Source: Lama glama (lineage: Eukaryota). From it: a DNA stretch of 64,000 bases. Shown here piece after piece: positions 51,653 through 64,000 of this stretch (its first letter is position 1; each line of letters begins with the position of its first letter). The notes under the pieces were generated by a model. It saw only the letters and a list, made by a program, of their open reading frames with translations, was not told where the DNA came from and ran no database searches. A program made the position numbers and the translations under genes. The stretch spans positions 92,320,001 to 92,384,000 of the forward strand of contig CM052816.1 of NCBI GenBank assembly GCA_028534125.1, read 5' to 3'.

Positions 51653-54600
51653 CAAGGGTAAAAAGCCAGAGTGATTTGTGACCATTGAGGCGCTCCCTGA
51701 TGCAGCGATGGCCTTAACCGTGCAGGGCGCATTGACCCAGGGAGGTGGAGCAGAGGGTTGGGGAGACCCCTGCCCACTCCCAGCCCTCCGCCCTGCGAGT
51801 CCACAATGAAGACCAGCTTCTCTTTAGGGGTGCACTGCAAGTGGCCATTAAATCAGCTTCTTAGTGCACGGCTATCTTGTGTGACTGACCGGTATCCTCA
51901 TCTGGAGCAGGGACTCATCCTGCACAGCCATGGCTGGAAGCAGACTGAACGGACCCAGATGTGAGGAGCAACCTTGGTGAGAAGAGCTCTTCCAGCTCTT
52001 AGCTCTCGTCTCCTAGAGAGGAGTGTTCTGCACTAGGCACTTTTGGTCATCAGAGTGGGCTGTGGCCCAACCAAGATGCTTCTTATGTGCCGTATTCTAT
52101 GTCACAGCACGTCAATATCACATTACATGTCGCAGTATGGGACCCGAACAGAGAACAACACTGACATAATAGTAATCTAACAGCTAGCGAGCACTTGCTG
52201 TTAAGCCCGCCTTCCCTCCCTCCCTCCGTCTGTCCAATACGTAGGCTCATAACCTGCAGTGATTTCTATGCAAATGAAGTTTAGTGGTCATGGTTTATGA
52301 ACTGTCTCTATATATTTCACATTGTCAGAGGGGACAGTCCTTTGGGCGGGGATTCTGGTTTTGTTGCATCATTTATCGTTACACAAAGGGAGACAATAGA
52401 CTAGAACTAGAACACTTTCCCTCCCCAAAATCCTAACGGGAAGGTGGGAGAGAAAATGCATCTGGGACTTACCTGCTGTCCCAAGTTTAGAAGAAGAAAT
52501 CTGATCTCCAGTATATGCCAGGTCCTCAGCGACTGAGGTTGAGGTGCAAGTCCAAAGGGAAAATGGTGGAAATTAGAGTGATACATTTTTAACACTCAAC
52601 ACTGTTCTGTAAATGAAACCCTGTCCTCCTTAACCCAGAACCGTGGTATGTACTTGTTTGCATTGATTTCGCTTTTGAGGTTATTAAACCATTGATGACA
52701 TAACCTTGGCAACATTTGGATAGTTTCCTGTTGTTTGAGGTTTCCCATAGCATGATGGTAAATATTTACAGGCTATTTTAAATAAGCCAGATTTTTTTTT
52801 AATTGTATGGAGTTGATTTGGGGCTGGGGGGGGACCTTAGAAAGCAAAGCATAAATTTGTCATAAAGCTAATGGTGGCGCTTTGAAAATAAAGCTCTCAA
52901 CCCAAACTGAATGAGAATACAGTGCAATTAATCCCTTAGTGACTGTAGTCTCCTCTAAGTCATTTTGGCTTCTCAAAATGTAGAAATAACCATTTTATGT
53001 GTGGGCTGTGTCCTTTTTAGGGGTGGACAGCTTCTAGGCATGAAAGCATTTTTCTTCTTTTATCTCCCTTGAGGTGTGTTTTTGTTTGTTCATTTGCTTT
53101 TTGTGGAGTTTTTTGTTTGTTTTGTTTTGGTGGGAAGGGGCGGCGAATGGAGGCAGGTAAATCACTATTTTTCTTTCAGCGGGTCATTAAAAATAATTCG
53201 TAACTCACCTCTCCTCGTAATAACACGTCATCTTCTTCCTAATAGCCATGACTGCTTTATCACAGAAAGGTGCAGTCATGATGTTTGAAGTTTCTCACCT
53301 TCACAGAACAGAGTGTGAAATTTAAAAAAGCAAATGAAAAATCCTTATTGAGTTTTCAGTGGTAGTTTTTCATGGGAATCTCCTAGTGACTGGTGGTTAT
53401 TTGAAAGCAGGTGGTCCTCCCACAGGAAGCAGGAGAAATTCTCCATCCTAAGGATGTCAGAAAGGCCGGGTCTGTGACTACGGGCGGGGAACATGGGCTC
53501 GCTCTGGCAGCCTGACCAGTAGATTGTCTCTCAGCTGATGTGGCCCCAGCAGTTGTTGTGAATCCGAAGGACAGCTAGACTGGAAGTACCAGCCCCGTGC
53601 AGAGCTGGTTCACAGGAGCGCAGAAGAAGGCCGCGACATACACCAGCTTCGCTGATTACGACCCTTTTGTTCTCTTAGCACTGAGGGCTTGCTGCTTCCC
53701 TTTGCTGCAGCCCGCAGGTCCCGCAGGATTACAGGGCCCCTTCCTTTCTTCTCGGATCAGAGCATCCTCGTGCACAGCTGTTACTCCGAGCACCGGCGCG
53801 CAGCCTCCACAGCAAAGGCGATTTTATGTCAGAGCCAGTAACAACTCATTTTCCCCCTCCCATCTCTGTTTTCTTCACTGGCCACATAATCACTCCTTTC
53901 GAGGCGCTGACTTTTACCTCTTTTCCTTTCTCCCCATATGGATGACAATAGCAAGAGATTTTGCTCTTGTCACCCATGCCTTTAGTGGTGTATCGGCCCC
54001 CTTCTTCCTGAGAGCAATGCACTGCTTTTGAGGAAGAGTGCTTCATCTTAGGAGACCAGCGACCTGCCAGACTGCAGTTTGAAAAGCGCCAAACTCGAGG
54101 TTCATCTCTAGTCTGGTTCACAGTGTGTCAGACGTGTGTGTTCCCTCTCACATGAGATGTGCTGGATGACGTAAGGTGGGTCCCTCGTAGAAGCAGCCCA
54201 AGGCAATAATCAGTCGCTTGGCTGTGGCTCCGTGATTTACTCTTGAAGTACCATTCCATTGCCCACGTAGGAAGTAATTGAGAAAGAAATCCTCTGAAAA
54301 GCTGAATGACTAAAAAGCACTTAAAAGTGATTATTAAATAAATCTGTCCCACTTATCATAGCCCCAGCTCCGCTGACTGTTACACCCAGTACACGTAAAT
54401 GGAGTTGTAGTTACAGCTGTTTCTGTGCTGTTTCTAGTGGGGGGTGTCCCGGCGATCAAGGACGGGGGGAAGGTTTGTATGGAAAACAGAGCATCGTATG
54501 GAGGCAGTGGGAATGTCTTCTTAAACCCTTGACTCATGGAAATGGTCATCTTAAGACACTTTGGTTAATGGTCTTTAAACTTTAAAAATCATAACCACTT

Positions 54601-57600
54601 TCTAGCAGGTTGACGTGATGCTTTCCGCGTGATTTACCAAAAGATGCTCACAAGGTTAGAATTTGGCTGTGTCAAAATAAGAGTTTTACGAGAATCTCTT
54701 GGTGAAAAGTCCCCAGGGGATTTTTTTTTTTTTTTTGGCCCTGGTTTGCAGTACTGGGGTGATTAATCTATTACCTTTGCACATCGCTGGTCAGACCAAC
54801 CCTAGGTCCCCTGACACCTATGGTCGCTGAGCAGTATTGCAGGACATCAAAGGTAGCCCAGTGTAGGGGGAGTCAAATCAGGCTCTGCCTGGCTCCCTTG
54901 GTGGATTGGACTCCAGGGGGACCTCCAGCAGCCCTGTGTTTCTTCTTTCGTGCTGGACCCAGAGTATCCTCCTCTCAAGTCCTTGTCAACCCAAGTCTTT
55001 CTGCAGGGGCTCAGAAAACCCTATAGATTTGTGGCTCTATATGGTGAGGCCAGGAGGTACTAAAATCTTGTGAGAAACTCCTGGACACAAGCCCGTAAAC
55101 TCACACATACACGTGCCATTTTGTTCAATTGCTTCATACTGTCTCCTTTTCTTGTCCTTAATGAAATCAGGAAAGTTAAAAAACAAAGACCACCACCTTT
55201 TCTTCTGCCAGCAGCAAAGTCTTTAAACTTCAGGACAGTGGCTTCAGGTGCAGGGTGGAGGGAAGAAAGACAGCTCTGGACTCATGTACTTATCCAAACT
55301 AGACTTTGACCAGATTCACTAATTAGATAAACAGGTAAAACAATATGCATTTTTGTTCTTTGCCAAAATGATGAAATGGAGGATTTATTGGAAAGCACGT
55401 TTCTGTCAACACCCTTAATCTGGATGTTAAATGATCAGTTATCTCATTAAAGTCTTCCCTGAAAGTTCAGTTGTAAAGAAAGAGCTGTTTTCTCCTTGCA
55501 TGCTTAGCTGAACAGGAATAGAAGAGCAAGAGGAAGTTGATAATATGATAGGTTGCAGAGTAATTTCTCTCCCTGAGGGAAACATTTTTGAGTAGAGACC
55601 GATACCAACCTGATGGCGCCAGTCCTCCCTAGACGGCCCTAGAAGCACCAGAATTCTCCCACCAGACAAAGAGCATGTTATACACAAAGAAAAGGCAGCG
55701 GGCAGGGATCCGTGAAAGATGGAAGTAGCTCTTAGACTCAAAGCAAACATGAAAAATTCTCAAGAGTGTGAGGAGGGCACCAATAAACAAATCCTCAATC
55801 TTCTTGTGCCACCGTGAAGCAGGACATTACAGACGGTGGACAGGGCTCATCTGAGCCCAGATGGCCCGGCTTCCAGGTGCGATTGGAAATATGGACAATA
55901 CAAAGTTATCTTTTGATTTCCACTGTTTCCCCAGACCTCTAAGTTGTAGATACAACACCTTCATAAAATCTAAATAGTCACAGTGGAAGTTGGGCAACAT
56001 GAGAGCAAGTCGGGAGCATTAGAAGGTTACAGTCGGGATAGAAATAGCATATTGATGTCTTTCTTTAGGGTAAGGACCTCTGCGGACTTCAAAGTTCGCA
56101 GCTGCTTTTGAGCTGATAGTCCAGAAATTGGGCGAAAACGCTGAAATGGTACATGTGGCTGGAAACACCTTAGGCCAAGTGTAAGGTCAAGGAAACTTGG
56201 CGAGTAAAACACAATTGTGGGTTTAGGAAGCAAGTGAGCCTGTTTGCTTATTGTGCCAAGAGAGCAGGGACTACAGGGAGAAGCAGAAGACATCAGAGCT
56301 GTCCCAAGGCTGCTCACCTTGGGGATGTTAAATAATAAAGAAGGCTTTAGGTTACACCAGAATTCAGGGGAAGTGAGGCAGAGACAGACAAATCCCAGAG
56401 CCCAGCTAGCTAGTAAAGCTGTTCTGCCCCGCAGCCACGTCTGTTCTACTGTGACTGTGAACTTGACTACGGATCAGAATCTCATGGATGATGCAAGAAC
56501 ACGCTATTCTTCCCCTCCGCCCCTGCTTCATGGATTCACAGGAGGAAAAGTATCTTGTCCATTTCAAAAAGGTCACAGTCAGGTGTCTAAGATAGGTCCC
56601 AGGTGTGCATACTCACCTGAGTGTGCAAAGTGTGTGCGCGCTGTGTGTGTGTGCTGCCTGGGCGCCCCGTGTGGAAGTTAGCATCTCATTCACCCTGGAG
56701 GATTTCCTTATCACTTCTCTTGCATTATCTTCCTTTGGCAGAGACCCGTATCCTCCCCCACTCCCAGCCCAGAGTACACACAAGGGCACATCGAGGAAGT
56801 AGAAGAACCCACCTTACACCTGAGTTTCCTCCAGCCTGCTGCCTTGTCAGGCTCACCCCTCCTGCTCCTGTGAGATGGGCTCTTTTCTTCCTTCTTGGTC
56901 AGCCCCGTACTCATTGGCAGGGGCTCTCATCTGTTGGGGTCCATTATGGTATAGAATGAGAAGCAGGGGGCTGGTTGGTTAGGGAGCCAAATGGCCCAGG
57001 AGACGGGCTCCTGCCACCGTGGTACAGGCAGGTGTCCTCCTCGGGAAGTGATGCCTGTGAAAGTTCTAATCACCCCGGCGCCCTGGCCACAACTCAGTGC
57101 CCCACTTACTCTGAAGCTTCCAGAAGAATTTGCCATCCTGCCGTGGAATCACAGTGGGGTCAGAGGAGATGGCTGGGAGAACTGACTTCTCTCTAGGCAT
57201 CCTCATGCATTCTGCCTTGCGCGTCCAGAACACTTGCTCTAGGCATCCTACTAAGAGGGAAAAGGACGGGCAGCCGCCATCCAGTGGTGACGTGACTGCT
57301 CGGCTGTGGCTTGTGACCACTTTGTGTACGGAGGAGACTTGGGGGAGACAGAAGGCTTCCACTCTTCCTGCCTCCAGTGCCGTCTGTTTCGAGTCCAGCC
57401 TCAGAGACTTAGCTTAACTTTTCTCAGGATCCTGCGAACTGAAGGCCCCACACGCCCCCGGGCTGGGTGACCACCACTTTCCTTCCCCGCCTCCTGTCTA
57501 TGCAGAGTGAGACAAAGCTGGTTCCCCGGGAAGACCGAGGCAGAGCTCAACCACCTGTATGTCCTCTAGGCCAAACCTGAACACCGGGCCAGAGCCTGGG

Positions 57601-58169
57601 CCCCGTGAGATGCTGCTGAACTGGTGTGGACCCTGCCGGCCAGGCTGTTTTCGGGTGTGGCTTGATCTGAGCTGGTATCTGTCCTTGGCCTTCAACGAGC
57701 TGAGCTTTTGATGTGGTTCACACCTGCCTGACATACACCTGCAACCTCTGGACTCAGCAGGTGAAGAGATGGTTGGCGAGGCCATCTGCTGAGTAAGAAA
57801 CCACTCCCCCAACCCACACCCAGCTTCAAAGGGCTCTCAGGGGAGACGAGTGTCATAGAGAACAGCAGCTAGCAGGTGACCATCTCCACCTTAAGCGGAG
57901 CGGGCTGAGATGGCATTTGAAATTTCCTCCCAATAATAAGCCTTCTGTTCATCTGTTACCTAGGCGTCCATCTAACTGTAGTGAACGCGTTTATCTTGTT
58001 AGCCATTTACTATCTTCTGCGGGTAGAAATTGCTCAATGTTTATCATCCCTTTGTAAAGCAATAGTCCATTTAATTTTTCTTAAAAATACAACAAAGAAC
58101 AAAAACTAACTCCTTAGAACTTCAGAATTGACACCTGGTTCTCGAAGCTAGGATTTGGGGGAAAAGAAA

Positions 58170-58540
58170 TGATCTCATCTTGACTTGTGCTACAACGTGG
58201 ATGAAACTTGAAGACATTACTGACTTGTGGCAAAAGAAGTCAGCCACCAAAAGACAACATGTGGTTCCACTCGTGAGATACCTAGAGGAGTAAAGTTCAC
58301 GGCGACAGAAGTGGAAGGTGGTTGCCAGAGGCCGGGGGAGGAGGTGTGAGGAGTTAGTGTTTGATGAGTACAGAGTTTCAGTTTTGCAAGAAGAAAAAAG
58401 CTCAGGAGATGATGGTGGTGATGGTTATACAAGAGTGTGACTGTACTTCATGTCCCTGAACTTTACGCTGTAAAAATGGGTAAAATGGTAAATTTTATAT
58501 TATGTGTCTTTTAGCCACAATTAAAAAATAATTTTTAAAA
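58170..58540 (+). mobile_element. L1MB-like 3' end
   Basis: tgctacaacgtggatgaaacttgaagacatta…gtacagagtttcagttttgcaaga…aaaatggtaaattttatattatgt. Confidence 0.88.
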
Positions 58541-59224
58541 ATTAATCACTTATTTTATGCTTTAGTTATTTTCCCTTGGATCCCTCGTTTGTCCAGATTG
58601 AAGAGGCCCTAAGTTTTTTCGTTTTTTCTTTTTATCTTTTTGAACAAAAATTTATATGTTAGCTTTGTCCCTGTAAACATTTTGTTTGCGCATTTCTGTC
58701 TAATAAACGTAAAAGCAGTAGTGACAGTATCCTCATGCTGTTAGTCATATACATTCCCCATCAAAACTTTTAGGATAGTTCCAGACACGTGCTGCAGGGT
58801 AAAGAAGGAAAAACATCAGGATTAACATATTAGCCTGTCAAGTTATGTGAAAGCAAAAGGTCCACTCATCTGGAGTAGCGGTGGGTTCCCTCTGAGGCTT
58901 CACTCAGTGGGGACGTCCCTGTTTTCCATTCATTTTCTGTTTCATGGATGGAGTCACCTAGGACGCACCTTGGCTGTCTTTAGATATTTGCACACTCCCC
59001 TCTTGGACAGACCTTGAGTGAGGTTGAGGCTTCCTGGGCACCATTGGGAAGCCAGGGGGGCACGTTTCACCTGACAAATTGGTAAAATTTTAAAGCAGAT
59101 TTGAAAATGCAGTACTTACTAAATCAAATCATTGTCATTTCCAAAAACCTTCTTATAGAGCAGATTCGTAAGCATCTACCTTTGCTTGAAGTTGGCAACT
59201 AAATCAACTATTAAAATAACTGTC

Positions 59225-59570
59225 ACACGATAGTTAATAATACTGTATTATGTGTTTGAATGTTGCTCAGAAAGTAGATCTTAAAAATGCTTATCACAGA
59301 AGAAAGGTTTGTAACTATGTGTGGTGATGGGGGTTAACTTATTGTGGTGATTATTTTGCAGCATATACATAAATCAAATCATTATGTTTTACACCTAAAG
59401 TGGATGCAATGTTATATGTCAGTTGTACCTCAAAAAAAGAAGTGGAAGGAAACTTTTGAGTTGATGGATAAGTTATCTTGACAGTGGTGATGGCTTCACT
59501 GACATATATGTATATCAAAATATCAAATTGAGCACTTTAAATATGCATGTTAAATATACCCCAATAAAGC
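59225..59570 (+). mobile_element. L1MA-like and L1M 3' end fragments
   Basis: tagttaataatactgtatt…agtagatcttaaaa…gtaactatgtgtggtgatgg…aatgttatatgtcagttgtacctcaaaaaaa, followed by a second L1 3' fragment ending in caataaagct. Confidence 0.8.
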
Positions 59571-62269
59571 TGGGTTTTTTTAATTTTCAAATTTAAAGAA
59601 AAGAAGAAATGATTTGTAATGAAAAAGAGTGACTGTCACAAATCCAGAAAATGCACAGATCAATTAACCTTACAAATAGACTATTTGATTTCAAATTTAA
59701 TATGATAAAAACCAAGTTAGAAGAAAATCAGAATTTGGTTGAGCTCTGAATCCAGAAAAGAATAATCCATGTTTGTGATTTGTGTGTGTGTGTTTAACAG
59801 GCACCTCCTTCTAGAAAACTGTAGCAGGAACAACTTTCTTCAAGTGGTTCTGTCCTAGGACAGGATGGAAAATGGTGCACATGTGTGCTCTGCTGGAATA
59901 ATATCATGTTCCTGCTTTGAAATCTTTGAACCATAACTTAGATACAGAAAGAGGAAACACAAACTGTTATGAAACAGTGTTGGGGGAATTACTCTGGCCA
60001 GATGCGCCGCTTGTTGAGAATTTAAGAGTGTTGTGGTCTCTTCATGAGCAAACCTGCATATAGAAGGTGTGAGGTGTGAGGTGAGGTCAGGGTGAAAGCA
60101 AATGGTGACGTCCATCACTTGTGTGGCGCGCGCCACTCTCCTCACCACCCCCCTCCCCTTCAGCACATTTAAGAACTTCTCATATATTGTCTTGCTTATT
60201 CTCAGAAGGATTCTTTGACAGTCATAGATGGGAATGGCTAAATGTCTTGGATGAGGCCAGCCTGAACATTTATTGTTAGGTCACAAAAAAGTCAGACGTT
60301 GGTCATTTTCTCTGGTTCAGCACGTGACTAGTCACGAGGTACCTGACGGTCGAGGAGGAGTTCCTACTTCTGATGGTGAATGTTCATCTTCGCTTTCCTT
60401 CTCAGGTCAGAATAAACGCCGGGCCCGCAGACATCCGTGACACGTGTAAAGTGTCTTATTTGTGGTGCAAAATTAGAATATTGAGAATGAAAGGCGAAAA
60501 GATGACTGCCATTAGGACTTTCCTAGGGGTTTGGAGACTGATCAAAATCTAGCCAACCTTGAAAACAGAACTAAATAAAAACCTTTTCTTTAAACTAAAG
60601 ATTTGAAGAAAAAGAAAAAAGGAATCTCTTTGGTTTTTGTTCTTAACTGATAAAACTCTTACGAGTTGAGGCTAGACACTTAACCTTGACAGAATACACT
60701 GATACCTTAGTCATCAAGAGGATCAAGTCAGACAGTAAGACCAAACTGCGTCTGTGTGTTTTCACTTCCCTACGTTAGCTTTCTTTTTACCTGTCTTCAC
60801 TACCCTTCACTTAGGTTTAAACTCAAGGCTGTAGGTCAGGAAGTGAAAATGTTGGATGCTATAGTCACTATGGAAACTCACTCCTACATCTCTTGCTTTA
60901 CTTTCTAGACCTTTCCGCTTGTTAGGCTGCATAAGTCTACACTTGATTTGCTAAAAAAAAAAAAAGAAGAAGAAGAAATAAAGATCTATTTGGAAATGGC
61001 TAGATCAAAATCACTGTAAGGATCTTTGTTGGGATGTTTATGAACAGCTTTCCCGGTTTGTTATATAGTTCAGTGAGATTCTCACGTTGTTCACAAACAC
61101 CCGAGTCCCCAGAGCTCAGATCCTCGATGTTCTTTGTCTTCGCGTGGATAGTGATTCTGTTGTGTGACCAGTGTATGCACACCTTAGGGGCCAGAAAGGA
61201 TTTGGTTGGGTTTTTGCCTGGACACACCTGCAGTTTGTATACTTTGGCAGAAAGATTTTACCCTGCAGAATGTTTTGTTATGCTCATTAAGTGATTTGTT
61301 GGAAAAATAAACGGTTTCTAAACTTTCCTTTATCAGAAAGTGTGCAAAGAAGCAGCTGCCAAATAACAGTCCCGGTGGAATTAAGCAAGCGGTCCCACGA
61401 GGACCCGTTGTTTGTGTTGGAGCTTCTCCCCTTCTCTGTCTCCTCTCCCTCTGTCATTCCAGGCAGGGGAGTTTTCCCTCCAGGGTTTTAATAATTCCAG
61501 GCTCGCCTATAGGAAGAGTATGGCTTTGGAGTAAAAGATGTCTGTGGTTTTCTGAAGGTAGAGAGGATCACCCCCTGAAGTGGGATCCTGTCACGAGACA
61601 AAGAGTGACTGGTTAAGCAGAAAGACAAACAGGAAAAGGAATTTGCAGCCAGCAGGAGTGTCTGCCAGAATCTCACAAGCCCCAGATCCGTGGGAACCCT
61701 TTATTGGTGTTTCTGGACCTTCCCATGGCTTGAAATTAACTGATGGGAAGCAGGATGAGATAGATGCCTCACAGGGTACAGTGTAGGTAGGACTGGCACT
61801 GCTTTGTATCATCAGCACATCTAACCTTTGGAAGGATTAACAGCCCAATTGTAATCATGGTTTTCAATGTCAGTGATGCTGAGAAATGGTTCACAATGCA
61901 CTGAGGTGGCTCACAATGCACTGTAGGCACAAACTGTTGGGTGCAAGGTTTCCTTTTGCAATGGAACAGACTCTTCCGCGAGACAAATTATCTGCATGAT
62001 TAACCAGAGGCATACATTCATCACTTTTAGTAACATTCATCTCTCTTAATCTCAACAGAATTAAAAATACTTATGGAGGCACTTAAAAATGTAACAAGCT
62101 CTGTCCAAATCCAGAATTATTATTAAAAAAAAAGACTGTAAGGATATCATCATAAAAATGATCAGGAATACTGATTAAACCTGCTTGATTCATAAATGTT
62201 AGGGAAATAACCTTTTCTTTCCTACCTCGGGTGACTAATTCGCGAACAGTGCTTTTCTTTGCCTTCTTG

Positions 62270-62450
62270 ATGGTAATAACAGCAAAGGGTTAAACAGTCC
62301 TGACTCTGTTCCAGAGAATGGCTCTAAGCGCTTTATGTATATTAATGCATCAATCTGCTGAATAACGCTAGCAAACAGCTACTGTTAGGATCCTCTTTCT
62401 CCCAATGAGGAAATCAAAGCACAGAGAGGGTAAGTGACTTGCCCAAGACC
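62270..62450 (-). mobile_element. MIR SINE
   Basis: ctaagcgctttatgtatatt…aatgaggaaatcaaagcacagagagggtaagtgacttgcccaag. Confidence 0.85.
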
Positions 62451-62648
62451 AATAGATCTTTACATTTTTAAGCATCTCGAGAAATGTCCTCGTAACTCGT
62501 CAGTGCGTGTGGGTTTCCCCCAACGCTGCCCCTTCGTCCCCGACTCTGAGCACGCGCGCCTCTGCTGCAGTCAGCAACAGTGACGACAACAGCCATTGTT
62601 GTTTGCGGACAACTTTTTACCCCAGGTCGTGCAAAGACTGAGTATTTT

Positions 62649-62950
62649 AATTTTTTGGTGAGGGGAAGGTAATTAGGTTTATTTATTTTTGAATTTTTAT
62701 TTTATTTTTAAACACCTGTATTGTAGTAAAATTCCTGTAAACCACACATATGTCAGATGTACAATTTGATAAATTTTGATAGATGTCTACACCCATGAAA
62801 CCACCACCACAATCAAGATAGCTAACATTTCCATCACTCCCCAAGAGGTGCACATTTCGAAATATTTATTTTTTTAATGGAGGTACTGGAGGTTGAACCC
62901 AGGTTCTCATGCCTGCTGAGCACTTACTATCACTGAGCTCTGCCTTCTCC
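62649..62950 (-). mobile_element. Camelid-type SINE (vic-1-like) split by a ~170-bp insert at 62691-62862
   Basis: SINE tail half (ggggaaggtaattaggtttatttattttt) and head half (atggaggtactggaggttgaacccagg…cactgagct). Outer TSD tgcaaagactgagtatttt / tgcaaggctgagcatttt. Confidence 0.85.
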
Positions 62951-63621
62951 TGCAAGGCTGAGCATTTTCAAGGGAGGGTTCTTACCCTGGGGCGGCTTCT
63001 GTTAATTTCTCCATTTTACAGGTGGGGAAACTGAAGCTGAAGGCAGCAGATAACTTGTCCAGGGTCGGGCGACAGAGCCCTCCTCTGTGCCCACAGGCCA
63101 ACGGCAGAGCCCGCGTTCTCCCCCCGACCCCCAGTCATCCGTCCTTCTTTCTTTGTGCTTTAAAATTATATATAAAATCACAGTAGTTGTCTCCATACTT
63201 TAAAGATGCTTATGAATTTTTGTGGAAGGGGAGCCACGCTGTGAATTTAAGCCAGATCGGCGCACAATGGGGTGCAGGTCCTCTGGAGCCCCACCGAGCC
63301 CTGCGGTGGTGCTGTTTGGTCTCCTGACTCTTTCCTGCGGCCAAGTCTGAGGTGATGTGTTACTGAGAGGAGTGGTCAATGCAGGAGGGAGATGGAGCGC
63401 GTTGTTGGGGGACGGCAGACAGTCCCTTTGCACATACGTATCTCTGTTATGTGAATGAAGGAGTGACCCACAAGGGGATAGAATTACGCACCAGATCGGC
63501 CTCTCCTTGCAGAATATGATGAGCTGGGCGGGCCTCAGGTCAGCCAGGCTCATCTCCCTTGGGCCCGGCCCAGGCTGGGCCACAGTGGGTAACATCTTAA
63601 CTATCTTCTCTTTCTTTTCCC

Positions 63622-64000
63622 TTTTTTTAAAAAAATTGAAGTATAGTTGATTTACAATGTTGTGTTAGTTTCTGTGCACAGCATAGTGACTCAGTTACAT
63701 GTGTATGTATATATATTCTTTTTCATAGTCTTTATCATTATAGGTTATTACAAGGTATTGAATATAGTTCCCTATGCTATACAGTAGGACCTTGTTGTTA
63801 GTCTATTTTATATATATAGTAGTTTGTATCTACAAATCTCAAATTCCTAATTTATCCTCTGCCTCCTTCCCTTTTGATAACCATAAGTTTTTCTGTGTCT
63901 GTGAGTCTGCTTCTGTTTTGTAAATAAATTCATTTGTGTCATATTCTTTAGATTCCACATGTAAGTGATATCATATGATATTTGTCTTTCTTTATCTGAC
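63622..64000 (-). mobile_element. L1 3' end (runs off window)
   Basis: attgaagtatagttgatttacaatgttgtgttagtttct…gaatatagttccctatgctatacagtagg…tagattccacatgtaagtgatatcata. Confidence 0.93.

Noticed and set aside
55440..55960. Purine-rich stretch considered as a processed pseudogene or cryptic exon
   Set aside because: No recognisable protein similarity, poly-A/TSD or convincing splice pair.
61891..61923. Direct repeat TCACAATGCACTG twice with 20-bp period (a similar GACATAGGAGT doublet is near 35184)
   Set aside because: Only two units, an ordinary slippage duplication. Not an array or CRISPR-like structure.

Overview
Mammalian genomic DNA, most likely a camelid (four copies of a tRNA-derived SINE resembling camelid vic-1, plus artiodactyl-type L1 3' ends). 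The one recognisable gene is ANKH (progressive ankylosis protein homolog). It has a CpG-island promoter at about 31.5-33.0 kb, a GC-rich 5' leader and coding exon 1 at 32749-32844 ([32 protein letters not shown], donor CAG|GTAAGC). Intron 1 runs off the right end of the window and I saw no exon 2. The rest is upstream intergenic and intronic DNA filled with transposon relics: an internally deleted ERV-L provirus nested in a hAT MITE, at least six ERV1-type solo LTRs, MLT1, L1, L2, MIR, Tigger1 and MER5A elements, microsatellites and two 100-N gaps. I found no CRISPR array, operon or new protein-coding gene. The best second-look items are (1) the ANKH leader: a strong-Kozak uORF in frame with the CDS and separated from it by a single TAG, an out-of-frame overlapping uORF, and (GGC)9/(GCC)8 inverted repeats around the core promoter; (2) a MER41-like LTR with an altered STAT site beside a perfect CRE in intron 1; and (3) an apparently ancient L1 fragment inserted inside a young SINE. 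Repeat family names come from recalled consensus sequences, not from a database search.
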